DNA of 64,000 bases from Candidatus Limnocylindria bacterium (GTDB taxonomy: Bacteria > Chloroflexota > Limnocylindria > P2-11E), in assembly GCA_041496945.1 (NCBI GenBank), contig JBGQFO010000002.1:25438-89437 (forward strand), read 5' to 3'. How positions within the stretch are numbered: the first letter of the stretch is position 1; each line of letters starts with the position of its first letter. Below are positions 27,543-36,354 of this stretch, piece by piece. The position numbers were made by a program, and so were the translations under genes. Under the pieces are notes generated by a model. It searched no databases. It was given only the letters and a program-made list of their open reading frames with translations, and was not told the DNA's origin.

Positions 27543-28571
27543 ATGAACCCGCTTCGCGTCGCCGTGATCGGCGCCGGATATTGGGGTCCCAACCTCGTCC
27601 GCAACCTCAGCGAAGCCCCTGGCGCCGAGCCCGTGGCGGTCGCCGACCTGTCGAGGGAGCGGCTCGACGCCATCCACAAGCGCTTTCCGGCCGTGCGCGT
27701 GACCACCGATCACACCGAACTCCTCGGCGACAAGAGCGTCGATGCGGTCGTGATCGCCACGCCCGTCGGCACGCACCGCAGGCTCGCGGAAGAGGCGCTC
27801 GCGGCGGGGAAGCACGTCTTCGTGGAGAAGCCGCTCGCGGCGACGAGCACGGACGCCGAGGCGATCGTGCGCGCGGCTGAGAAGGCCGGCCGCACGCTCA
27901 TGGTCGGCCACACCTTCGTGTACAACCCCGCGGTCGTCACGGTCCGCGGTCTCATCGAGACGGGCGAGCTTGGCCGCATCAACTACGTCGACAGCCAGCG
28001 CGTGAACCTTGGCCTGCACCAGTTCGACATCAACGTGCTGTGGGACCTCGGCCCGCATGATGTCTCGATCGCTCTGTACTGGCTGGCGGAGGAGCCCGAG
28101 TGGGTCCAGTGCATCGGCGCGTGTTACGTGCAGCCCGAGATCGAGGATGTCGTCTTCCTCACGATGGGTTTCCCCTCGGGCGCGCTCTCGCACGCGCACC
28201 TGTCATGGCTTGCGCCAAGCAAACTGCGCACCATGACCGTCATCGGCAGCAAGAAGATGGCGGTGTACGACGACGTGCAGGCCGTGGAGCGCGTGAAGGT
28301 ATACGACTTCGGCGTGGAGTCGCTCGACGGCGACGAGCTGCGGCGCTCCTACCGCGCCGGCGACATCCACAGCCCGCGCGTCGCGATCACCGAGGCGCTG
28401 CAGCTGGAGATGCGCCACTTCATCGAATGCGTCCGCGAGGGAAAGCGCCCCCGCAGCGACGGCGAGGCCGGGCTGCGGGTCGTCCGCGTGCTCGAGGCTG
28501 GGATGCGCAGCCTCCGCTCGGGCGGCGCGCGCGTCTCCTATCGCGCGGCCCCAGAGCCGGCGCGAGCGTGA
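27543..28571 (+). CDS. Gfo/Idh/MocA family NAD-dependent oxidoreductase, WbpB/GnnA-like UDP-GlcNAc(A) 3-dehydrogenase.
   Basis: N-terminal Rossmann motif VAVIGAGYWGPNLVRNL and EKPLA motif. It is followed by coupled acetyltransferase and DegT aminotransferase genes. Confidence 0.8.
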   Translation: MNPLRVAVIGAGYWGPNLVRNLSEAPGAEPVAVADLSRERLDAIHKRFPAVRVTTDHTELLGDKSVDAVVIATPVGTHRRLAEEALAAGKHVFVEKPLAATSTDAEAIVRAAEKAGRTLMVGHTFVYNPAVVTVRGLIETGELGRINYVDSQRVNLGLHQFDINVLWDLGPHDVSIALYWLAEEPEWVQCIGACYVQPEIEDVVFLTMGFPSGALSHAHLSWLAPSKLRTMTVIGSKKMAVYDDVQAVERVKVYDFGVESLDGDELRRSYRAGDIHSPRVAITEALQLEMRHFIECVREGKRPRSDGEAGLRVVRVLEAGMRSLRSGGARVSYRAAPEPARA

Positions 28572-29182
28572 CGACGCTCGCACGCGCGGAGATCGCGAGC
28601 ACGGCGGTCGTCGCGCCCGACGCGATCGTCGGCCCGGCGACGCGCGTGTGGCACTTCGCGCAGATCCGCGAAGGCGCGCGCATCGGCGCGCAGTGCAACA
28701 TCGGGAAGGGCGTGTACGTCGGTGCGGGCGTCACGGTCGGCGATCGCTGCAAGATCGAGAACAACGCCTCGCTGTTCGAGGGCCTCACCGTCGAGGACCG
28801 CGTGTTCATCGGCCCGCATGTGGTGTTCACGAACGACCGGCTCCCGCGCGCCACGAATCCCGATGGCTCCCCGCAGACCGCGGCGGACTGGACCGTCGGG
28901 AAGACGACCGTCCACCGGGGCGCGTCGATCGGCGCGGCGGCCGTGATCATCCCGGGGCTCGATATCGGTCGTTACGCCATGGTCGGCGCCGGCTCGATCG
29001 TCACCCACGACGTTCCCGCGCACGCGGTCGTCGTCGGCAACCCGGCGCGCCAGGTCGGCTGGATCTGTGTGTGCGGCCGCGAGCGCCTCTCGAGCGGTCC
29101 GCGTGGTGACGAGGAGCTGCGCTGCGCACGATGCAAGACGGCGACCAGAGACTCAGTGTTGAAAGAGGGATCTACGGCATGA
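28568..29182 (+). CDS. Left-handed beta-helix (hexapeptide) N-acetyltransferase, WbpD/PglD-like, with a C-terminal Cys4 zinc-ribbon tail.
   Basis: Hexapeptide repeats IGAQCNIGKGVYVGAGVTVGDRCKIENNASL. C-terminal CVCGRERL...CARCK. GTGA overlap upstream and ATGA overlap downstream. Confidence 0.75.
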   Translation: MTTLARAEIASTAVVAPDAIVGPATRVWHFAQIREGARIGAQCNIGKGVYVGAGVTVGDRCKIENNASLFEGLTVEDRVFIGPHVVFTNDRLPRATNPDGSPQTAADWTVGKTTVHRGASIGAAAVIIPGLDIGRYAMVGAGSIVTHDVPAHAVVVGNPARQVGWICVCGRERLSSGPRGDEELRCARCKTATRDSVLKEGSTA

Positions 29183-30312
29183 CGGTCACGACCAAGACAC
29201 AGGACATCCCGCTCGTGGACCTGCGCGCGCAGTACGCGACGATCCGCGACGAGGTCCGAGCGGCGATCGATGGCGTGCTCGACACCATGCAGCTCACGAT
29301 CGGGCCGAACGTCCGGGCGTTCGATCAGGAATGGGCGGCGTACTGCGGCACGAAGCACGCGATCGGCGTCGGCAGCGGGACCGACGCGCTCCAGCTGGCG
29401 ATCCGCGCCTGTGGCGTGTCGGCCGGAGACGAGGTGATCACCGTGTCGCACACCTTCTTCGCCACCGTCGAGGCGATCGTGTACGCCAACGCGCGGCCGA
29501 TCCTCGTCGACGTCAACGAGACGACGATGCTCATGGACTCCGCGGCCGTGGCGGCGGCGATCACGCCGCGCACGAAGGCGATCATCCCCGTGCACCTGTA
29601 CGGTCGCACCGTCGACATGAAGCCGCTGAAGCAGCTGGCGCAGGACCGGAACATCGCCATCATCGAGGATTCAGCCCAGTCACACGGCGCGCTGCTCGAT
29701 GATGGGAAGAAGGCGGGCAGCGGCGGCCGCGCGGGTGCGTACTCCTTCTACTGCAGCAAGAACCTCGGCGCGTACGGTGAGGCGGGCAGCATCGTCACGA
29801 ACGACGACAAGCTCGCCGACGATCTCCGCGCGCTGCGGGAGCACGGGCAGTCGACCCGCTACTACCACCCGGTCGTCGGGTACAACGCGCGGCTCGACGA
29901 GATCCAGGCCGCGATCCTCCGCATCAAGCTGCGGCGACTCGACGAGTGGAACGCGCGCCGCCGGGCCATCGCGAAGCAGTACAGCGCGCTCCTCGCGGGC
30001 TCGGGCGTCATCACGCCGGAGATCCCCGCGGGCGACCGCCACGTCTTCTACGCCTACGCCATCCGCGTGCCGAACGGAAAGCGCGACGCGATGCGCGCGT
30101 ATCTCGCGGAGCACGGCATCGGAACGCAGATCCACTACCCCGTGCCGATCCACCTGCAGGAGGCCGCGCAGTTCCTCGGCTACCGCAAGGGCGACCTGCC
30201 CGTGACCGAACGCCTCGCGGACGAGGTGCTCTCGCTCCCGATGTACGCCGAGCTCACCGACGCGATGGCCGAGCGCGTCGCGAGCGAGGTCCGCGCCTTC
30301 ATGAAGAAGTGA
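29179..30312 (+). CDS. DegT/DnrJ/EryC1/StrS family PLP-dependent sugar aminotransferase (WbpE-like).
   Basis: IPLVDLRAQY at the N-terminus, GTDALQLA motif, length 377 aa. The start was chosen at the ATG 29179 that overlaps the upstream stop. Confidence 0.8.
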   Translation: MTVTTKTQDIPLVDLRAQYATIRDEVRAAIDGVLDTMQLTIGPNVRAFDQEWAAYCGTKHAIGVGSGTDALQLAIRACGVSAGDEVITVSHTFFATVEAIVYANARPILVDVNETTMLMDSAAVAAAITPRTKAIIPVHLYGRTVDMKPLKQLAQDRNIAIIEDSAQSHGALLDDGKKAGSGGRAGAYSFYCSKNLGAYGEAGSIVTNDDKLADDLRALREHGQSTRYYHPVVGYNARLDEIQAAILRIKLRRLDEWNARRRAIAKQYSALLAGSGVITPEIPAGDRHVFYAYAIRVPNGKRDAMRAYLAEHGIGTQIHYPVPIHLQEAAQFLGYRKGDLPVTERLADEVLSLPMYAELTDAMAERVASEVRAFMKK

Positions 30313-30316
30313 AGTA

Positions 30317-31009
30317 ATGGGCGACCAAGCGAGGGCCTCATCGGCCAGAGTCGTGAAAGCGGTGCATGGTCTTGAGTTGGTGGCGCCCGATCCGCCCGAC
30401 GAGCTCGAGCGGGCGGAGGAGCTGCGGAAGACCGTCGAGCCCGCGGAGCTGCTCGAGCGGTTCGCGGTGGCGGGTTACCTCGAGGGCGCGGAAGGACAAC
30501 GGCGGCGCCGGATCCTCCTGCGCGCGCTCTGCAAGAGGTTCGGCAACGGCGTGAAGGTCGGAATGGGCGTGCTCGTGCTGCACCCCCAGACGTTCGAGAT
30601 CGGCGACGCCGTGTTCATCGGGAACCAGACGTTCCTGCAGGGCCGTCATGACGGCCGCTGCGTCATCGGCGCGCACACCTGGATCGGCCCGCAGTCGTAC
30701 TTCGACTGCCGCGACATGGAATTCGGCGAGTACGTGGGCTGGGGCCCGGGCGCGAAGGTGCTCGGGAGCGAGCACACCGGCGTCCCGATCGACGTGCCGA
30801 TCATCCAGACCGACCTGGTCATCAAGCCGGTGCGCGTCGGTGACGGCGCGGACATCGGCGTGAACGCAGTGCTCCTGCCGGGCGTGACGGTGGGGAAGGG
30901 CGCGATCATCGGCGCCGGCGCGGTGGTGACCGGCGACACGACCGTCCCGCCGAACGCGATCTACGCCGGCGTCCCGGCGAAGCTGCTCCGCTACCGGACC
31001 GCATCGTGA
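30317..31009 (+). CDS. Hexapeptide-repeat acyl/acetyltransferase (LbH).
   Basis: Repeats VGDGADIGVNAVLLPGVTVGKGAIIGAGAVV. 230 aa. Confidence 0.65.
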   Translation: MGDQARASSARVVKAVHGLELVAPDPPDELERAEELRKTVEPAELLERFAVAGYLEGAEGQRRRRILLRALCKRFGNGVKVGMGVLVLHPQTFEIGDAVFIGNQTFLQGRHDGRCVIGAHTWIGPQSYFDCRDMEFGEYVGWGPGAKVLGSEHTGVPIDVPIIQTDLVIKPVRVGDGADIGVNAVLLPGVTVGKGAIIGAGAVVTGDTTVPPNAIYAGVPAKLLRYRTAS

Positions 31010-31491
31010 ACGAGCTCGTCGGGCTCATCGTGGCGCTCGCGTGCTGCCTCGGGGCGGCCGCGATCGGTGGCTACGCCACCACGCGCTCGCTGCGGGATTG
31101 GTACACCGCACTGCCGAAGCCACGGTGGAATCCGCCGAATGCGATCTTCGGTCCGGTGTGGACCGTTCTCTACCTCGGAATGGGCGTGGCTGTCTGGCTG
31201 ATCTGGCGCCAACGTGACGAGTCCGAGGTCGCGTTCGCGTTCGCGTTGTTCGCCGCACAGCTTGTGCTGAACGTCCTCTGGTCGGTCGTGTTCTTCGGGC
31301 TGCGGTCTCCGACGGGCGGTCTTGTGGTCATCGTTGCGCTATGGCTGGCGATCGCGGCGACGATCGCGGCCTTCGCGCCGATCTCGGCCCTCGCCGCGGC
31401 GCTGCTCGTGCCCTATCTCGCCTGGGTCACGTTCGCCACATTCCTGAACGGCGCGATCCTGCGAAGCGTGGCCGCGGCCACTCGACCTTGA
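31006..31491 (+). CDS. tspO: TspO/MBR (tryptophan-rich sensory protein) family membrane protein.
   Basis: Signature WYTALPKPRWNPPNAIFGPVWTVLYLGMGVA with 5 TM segments over 161 aa. GTGA overlap upstream and TGATG overlap downstream. Confidence 0.8.
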   Translation: MNELVGLIVALACCLGAAAIGGYATTRSLRDWYTALPKPRWNPPNAIFGPVWTVLYLGMGVAVWLIWRQRDESEVAFAFALFAAQLVLNVLWSVVFFGLRSPTGGLVVIVALWLAIAATIAAFAPISALAAALLVPYLAWVTFATFLNGAILRSVAAATRP

Positions 31492-31763
31492 TGCCGAGCG
31501 TGGGACCCACGCGGATCCGCACGACGAGCCACTTCCTGTACCTCCCCGACCGCGCGGCCGCCGAGCGCGCGGGCAAGGCCCTGGCGCGCGCCGGCTTCCG
31601 CTCCGAGGCCGGACCCGCATCCGACGGCGAGGACTGGCTCCTCGTCGCGACGCACGACGCGGTCGCGGACAAGGACCGCGAGGTCGCGACGCAGGAGGCG
31701 ATGCGCGAGATCGCGATCGCCGTCGGCGGCACGTACAACGGCTACGCGGTGCGCACGTCATGA
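31491..31763 (+). CDS. RraB-like (regulator of ribonuclease activity B/DUF695-like) small protein.
   Basis: HFLYLPD, AERAGKALARAGFR, and GEDWLLVATHD ... IAVGGTYNGY parallel the E. coli RraB motifs IEHHL, AFKLGY and DGDIV...YDGWGT. Length 90 aa. Coupled overlaps on both sides. Confidence 0.5.
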   Translation: MPSVGPTRIRTTSHFLYLPDRAAAERAGKALARAGFRSEAGPASDGEDWLLVATHDAVADKDREVATQEAMREIAIAVGGTYNGYAVRTS

Positions 31764-32728
31764 GCCTCACCGGCGCGCGCGTCGTCGTGACCGGCGGCGC
31801 GGGGAACGTCGGATCGCACATCGTCGACGCGGTCATCGCGGTGGGCGCGCGCGAGGTCATCGCGCTCGACGCGCTGGTGCGCGGGGTGCCCGAGAACCTC
31901 GCGCCCGCGCTCGCCACGGGCAAGGCGCGCCTTGTTGAATTGGACATCCGCGACCGAGAGGCGGTGCGCGCGAACATCGAGGGCGCCGACATCGTCTTCC
32001 ACCAGGCCGCGCTCCGCTGGACGCGCTGCCAGGAGCACCCACGCGAGTGCCAGGAGGTCATGGTCGACGGCACGTTCAACGTCCTCGAGGCCGCGGCCGA
32101 CGCCAAGGTCAAGCGTGTGGTGCTGGCGTCGAGCGCGGTCGTCTACGGCGAGCCGAAGCGCCTCCCGATGGATGAAGACCAGCCGCTCGCCGCGACGACC
32201 GTGTACGGCGCGGCCAAGGTCGCGAACGAGCAGATGGGCCGCGCGTTCGCGCACCTGCGCGACCTGCCGACCACGACATTGCGTTACTTCAATGTCTACG
32301 GACCGCGCATGGACGTACGGTCACCGTACGTCGAGGTCATGGTCCGCTGGCTGAACCTCATCGACGAACGAAAGCCGCTCACGCTCTTCGGCGATGGCAG
32401 CGCGTCGGTGGACTTCGTCTACGTCGGCGACGTCGTGCGCGCGAATCTCTTGGCCTGCGAGACGGAGGCGAAGGACGCTATCGTGAATGTCTGTAGCGGG
32501 GTCGAGACGCGCATGAAGGACCTCGCGCAGCTTCTGCTGGGTCTCACCGGGAGCACCGTCGGCATGGAATTCAAGCCGCAGCCCGCCGGCGCGCTGCCCG
32601 CGAGGCGGTACGGCGATCCGCGGCGGGCGCAGGAGCTGCTCGGCTTCCGCGCCGAGACGAAGCTGGAAGACGGCGTGCGCAGGCTGATCGAATGGCGGCG
32701 CTCGCAGCTCGCGAGCGCTGGGAGGTAG
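31760..32728 (+). CDS. NAD-dependent epimerase/dehydratase (extended SDR), UDP-sugar 4-epimerase-like.
   Basis: VVVTGGAGNVGSH Rossmann motif. YGAAK catalytic motif (YxxxK). 322 aa. Confidence 0.8.
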   Translation: MSLTGARVVVTGGAGNVGSHIVDAVIAVGAREVIALDALVRGVPENLAPALATGKARLVELDIRDREAVRANIEGADIVFHQAALRWTRCQEHPRECQEVMVDGTFNVLEAAADAKVKRVVLASSAVVYGEPKRLPMDEDQPLAATTVYGAAKVANEQMGRAFAHLRDLPTTTLRYFNVYGPRMDVRSPYVEVMVRWLNLIDERKPLTLFGDGSASVDFVYVGDVVRANLLACETEAKDAIVNVCSGVETRMKDLAQLLLGLTGSTVGMEFKPQPAGALPARRYGDPRRAQELLGFRAETKLEDGVRRLIEWRRSQLASAGR

Positions 32729-32730
32729 AC

Positions 32731-33891
32731 GTGGCGACCGAAACGAAGAAGAAGCTGAACGTCCCGATCACAAAGCCGTTCCTCGGCGAGGAGGAGGCCC
32801 GCGCGCCGTTCGACTCGATCAGGAGCGGGTGGGTGACCCAGGGTCCGAAGGTCGCCGAGTTCGAAAAGGCCGTCGCCGCGTACGTCGGCGCGAAGCACGG
32901 TGTCGCGACCACCTCCTGCACCACCGGCCTGCACCTCGCGCTCGCGACCGCCGGCGTCGGCAAGGGGGACGAGGTCATCGTGCCGTCGTTCACCTTCATC
33001 GCGTCGGCCAACGCGATCCTGTACACCGGAGCGGACGTCGTCTTCTGCGAGATCGATCCAAAGACCTTCAACATCGATCCGAACGACATCGAGAAGCGCA
33101 TCACCAGGAAGACGAAGGCGATCATGCCGATCGACCAGATCGGCCTCTCCGCGGACATGGACGCGGTGAACGCGATCGCGAAGAAGCACGGGCTCGACGT
33201 TGTCGAGGACGCGGCACCGGCGATCGGCGAGGACTATAAGGGCCGGAAGGTGGGCTCGAACGCCCACCAGACCGTGTTCTCGTTCCACCCGCGCAAGGTC
33301 ATCACGACCGGTGAGGGCGGGATGATCACCACGGACGACGACGCCTACGCCGACCGCGCGCGCAAGCTGCGCGCGCACGGCATGAGCGTCTCGGATCTCG
33401 ACCGCCACAAGTCCGACCGCGTGATCATCGAGGAGTACCCGGAGCTCGGCTTCAACTACCGCATGACCGACATCCAGGCGTCGATCGGCCTGGTGCAGAT
33501 CGGCCGCCTAGACGAGCTCCTGCGCATCCGCCGCGCGAAGGCCGCACGCTACAACACCGAGCTTGCGGAGGTGAAGGGCATCGAGGTGCCCTACGTGCCG
33601 CCCTACGCCTCGCATACCTACCAGTCGTACTGCCTGCGCCTCACGAAGGAGTGCCGCCTCGACCGCGAGGACCTCATGACCAACTTGCTGCGCCGCGGGA
33701 TCGCGACGCGGCGCGGGGTCATGGCCTCGCATCTCGAGAAGACCTACACCTCGCGCTACGGCACGGTGAGCTTGCCCGTCACCGAGCACGCGACACAGAC
33801 GACGATGCTCATCCCGCTCTTCGCCGCCATGACCGACCAGGAGCAGGGCTGGGTCATCGAGTCGCTGCGTGAGGAGCTCGGGACCCGGTAG
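32731..33891 (+). CDS. DegT/DnrJ/EryC1/StrS family aminotransferase (second copy).
   Basis: NVPITKPFLGEEE at the N-terminus, SCTTGLHLAL, and FSFHPRKVITTGEGG (the PLP-lysine region). GTG start just after the upstream stop. Confidence 0.8.
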   Translation: MATETKKKLNVPITKPFLGEEEARAPFDSIRSGWVTQGPKVAEFEKAVAAYVGAKHGVATTSCTTGLHLALATAGVGKGDEVIVPSFTFIASANAILYTGADVVFCEIDPKTFNIDPNDIEKRITRKTKAIMPIDQIGLSADMDAVNAIAKKHGLDVVEDAAPAIGEDYKGRKVGSNAHQTVFSFHPRKVITTGEGGMITTDDDAYADRARKLRAHGMSVSDLDRHKSDRVIIEEYPELGFNYRMTDIQASIGLVQIGRLDELLRIRRAKAARYNTELAEVKGIEVPYVPPYASHTYQSYCLRLTKECRLDREDLMTNLLRRGIATRRGVMASHLEKTYTSRYGTVSLPVTEHATQTTMLIPLFAAMTDQEQGWVIESLREELGTR

Positions 33892-34204
33892 GTTGGCGGA
33901 CGATCCGCGCCACGAGGTGCTCGACTTGGGGAGCGAGGACTACTACGCGCTCGTGGAGATCTCTGCCAACCGGTCAACCTGGTCGCCAGCGTTTCACGAG
34001 CTGCTGGACCTCGAGTTGATCGACGTCTTCGTGAAGCCTCATTGGCGATCTGGCGACGAAAAGCTCGTACGGCTTTCCCCCAAGGACGGCCATGCAGCAA
34101 TTGACGATCCAGCGTCGTGGGATCCCTTCAACAACGGCCGCATCGTCGTCTTCGGCGCGACACCCGAAGGTGAACGCGCGTATCGCGACAACCGATTCCG
34201 CTGA
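33892..34204 (+). CDS. Hypothetical small protein in a low-GC segment.
   Basis: Open frame with GC of about 58%. A TTG or GTG start is possible at 33892 or 33919. No motif. Weak call. Confidence 0.3.
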
Positions 34205-34227
34205 GCCACAACTCAGAGCGTGGACAC

Positions 34228-34635
34228 GTGGATACTGGTGATGTGATCCAAGACTTCGACGGACCCGATCCGACGCCGAACCGGCGCGGGCACCTGCTCG
34301 TCATCTCGATCCTGCTCATCGCCGGGGTGCTCGCAGGCTACGCCGCGGTCTCCTCGCCGGAGCTGCGCGGGCCGTACGCCACGCCGAGGCCCTCGGTGGC
34401 CGTTGTGGCGGCCGTGCGCTTCACGCCGGCGCCGTTCGTCCGCGCGGAGCCGGCCGCGGCGGTCGCGCCGAGCAGTGGCTGCATCCTGCCGGGCTCCGTC
34501 TTCACCGCGACGGTGTTCGTCGGCGGGCAGCTCGTGCCGATCAGCCGGCCGGTCACGCCGAGCACGAGCGAGTCCTGCGCGATTGTCTGGTTGATCAAGC
34601 ATGGCTCGCTGCCCTACGAGCTCTTCGCGCGCTAG
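34228..34635 (+). CDS. Hypothetical single-TM membrane protein.
   Basis: GTG start. TM segment LLVISILLIAGVLAGYAAV. 135 aa. Confidence 0.35.
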   Translation: MDTGDVIQDFDGPDPTPNRRGHLLVISILLIAGVLAGYAAVSSPELRGPYATPRPSVAVVAAVRFTPAPFVRAEPAAAVAPSSGCILPGSVFTATVFVGGQLVPISRPVTPSTSESCAIVWLIKHGSLPYELFAR

Positions 34636-34663
34636 GAGACGCAGCCAGCATGCTGGCCGAGAC

Positions 34664-35626
34664 CTAGAGCTCCTTCAGGAACTGGATCATGTCCGGCCGG
34701 CGCCGGTAGCCCATGGTCTCGTTGATGTGCAGGATCGGTGTGTTCGTCGAGTCGTTGTCCGTGCGTACGCGATCGATGCCCAGTGCGATGGCCTGCATCA
34801 GCGTCTCGCACTTCAGCGCCCGCGCGACGCCGCGGCCGCGCACCTTGCGCGCCGTACCCGTCCAGTCGGTGGACACGACGCCGCGCACCGGCGGGTAGGC
34901 CAGCTGCGAGATGCCGACGATGTCGTCGCCGTCGCGCGCGATCCAGATGCGATCCGGCCTGAGCGCTGGCGAGTCGAACCACTTCAGCCAGTCATCCATC
35001 TCCATCGGGACGATCGGGACCGTCGTCGGGACATCCGCCTCCGCCTCGTCGTTCATGCGCTTCAGCTTCTCGAAGCGCCTGGGGTCCTTCTCTTCCGCGA
35101 GCGTGAGGATGCGGATTCCCTCATGCGCCATCCGCTCGCGCGAGTCGGCTGTCATCGTCGTGATGCGTTCGCGCTCTCTCGCGAGATCGAGCTCCCAGAA
35201 GCGCTGACGGCGCTCCTCGCAGTAGCCGCGGCCGGCGAGCATGTCCGCGCGCTCGCGATCCGGTTCCCAGGCCCACGTGGTCACGGCGCGCGTGCCATCG
35301 CCGCGCGCACGCTCCTCCAGCATCGCGTACAGGGCGCCCAGACGGGCCGCGGAGCGCGCCGTTGGACGGAGCTCGGCGCTGATGCGCGCGAACCGCTCGG
35401 GCATCTTCGTCCACGAGGGATGCCGGAACATCGTGTAGCCCACGGGCTCGGCGCCGATCAGCACGATGCGGCGGTCGATGATCTCGTCGCCGGCGGTCAT
35501 CGACCACCAGTGGCGCATCATCACCGGATCCTCTACGTCGTCCGGATGGAGCTCTGTGTCGATGTCGGCGACAAGCGCGGCGTCGTCGAGGGTGGCCTCG
35601 CGCAGGTCGAGCTCGCCCACGTTCAC
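34664..35626 (-). CDS. GNAT family N-acetyltransferase (tandem GNAT-like domains).
   Basis: C-terminal motif A-like VRGRGVARALKCETLMQAIALG. 320 aa. Its start overlaps the GT2 stop (4 nt). Confidence 0.6.
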   Translation of the reverse strand: MNVGELDLREATLDDAALVADIDTELHPDDVEDPVMMRHWWSMTAGDEIIDRRIVLIGAEPVGYTMFRHPSWTKMPERFARISAELRPTARSAARLGALYAMLEERARGDGTRAVTTWAWEPDRERADMLAGRGYCEERRQRFWELDLARERERITTMTADSRERMAHEGIRILTLAEEKDPRRFEKLKRMNDEAEADVPTTVPIVPMEMDDWLKWFDSPALRPDRIWIARDGDDIVGISQLAYPPVRGVVSTDWTGTARKVRGRGVARALKCETLMQAIALGIDRVRTDNDSTNTPILHINETMGYRRRPDMIQFLKEL

Positions 35627-36324
35627 CGCAGTCTCCGCAAGAGCTTGTCGCGCAGGACCTGGCCGAGCTGCACGACGTACTGCGCGATCTCGCGCTGGCC
35701 GAACTTCGACTTCCCGAGCTCGCGGTCACGGAAGACGTATGGGACCTCGACGACCTCTGCGTAGCGGCCGCGCGCCATGACCTCGAAGCCGATCTTGAAG
35801 CCGATAGGGTTCAGCTTCACGCCCTCGATGACCGCGCGGCGCAGCGCGAAGAAGCCCGACGTCGAATCGCGCACCGGCACGAGCACGTTCCCCATGAGGC
35901 AGGCGACCCGCGAGACGACGCGGCGCCGGATCGGCCAGTCCTCGGTGCCGCCGCCCGCGACGTAGCGGCTGCCGACCGCGAGATCCGCGCCGCCCTCGAT
36001 CGCGTCGAGCATCCGCGGCGCGACCTCCGGCGGGTGCGAGAGGTCGGCGTCCATCACGAGCAGCACGTCGCCCTTCGCCGCGCCGAAGCCGGCCACCACC
36101 GCGGACGCGAGGCCGGCCTTACCTGCCCGCCGCACGACGCGCACCGGCTGCGTGCGCCCGAGGCCCTCGGCGATGTCAGCGGTCCTGTCGGGCGATCCAT
36201 CGTCGACGACGACCAGCTCCCACTCGCGGCCGGCGAGCGCCTTTGCGAGGCGTTCCACGAGGGAGGGGAGCGATCCCGCTTCGTTGTAGGTGGGGACGAT
36301 GACCGAGGCGAACGTGCGCGTAGT
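35623..36324 (-). CDS. Glycosyltransferase family 2, Dpm1/Ppm1-like polyprenol-phosphate mannose synthase. No canonical start codon is visible.
   Basis: SVIVPTYNEAGSLPSLVERLAKALAGREWELVVVDDGSPD (GT2 signature) and the DAD motif in LVMDADLSHPP. The frame is open only 7 codons upstream of VIVPTYNE (in-frame TAA) with no ATG, GTG or TTG in that stretch. Confidence 0.6.
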   Translation of the reverse strand, partial: TTRTFASVIVPTYNEAGSLPSLVERLAKALAGREWELVVVDDGSPDRTADIAEGLGRTQPVRVVRRAGKAGLASAVVAGFGAAKGDVLLVMDADLSHPPEVAPRMLDAIEGGADLAVGSRYVAGGGTEDWPIRRRVVSRVACLMGNVLVPVRDSTSGFFALRRAVIEGVKLNPIGFKIGFEVMARGRYAEVVEVPYVFRDRELGKSKFGQREIAQYVVQLGQVLRDKLLRRLR

Positions 36325-36354
36325 TTAGGCGCGCGCTCGCCTAGTCTTACGGCC

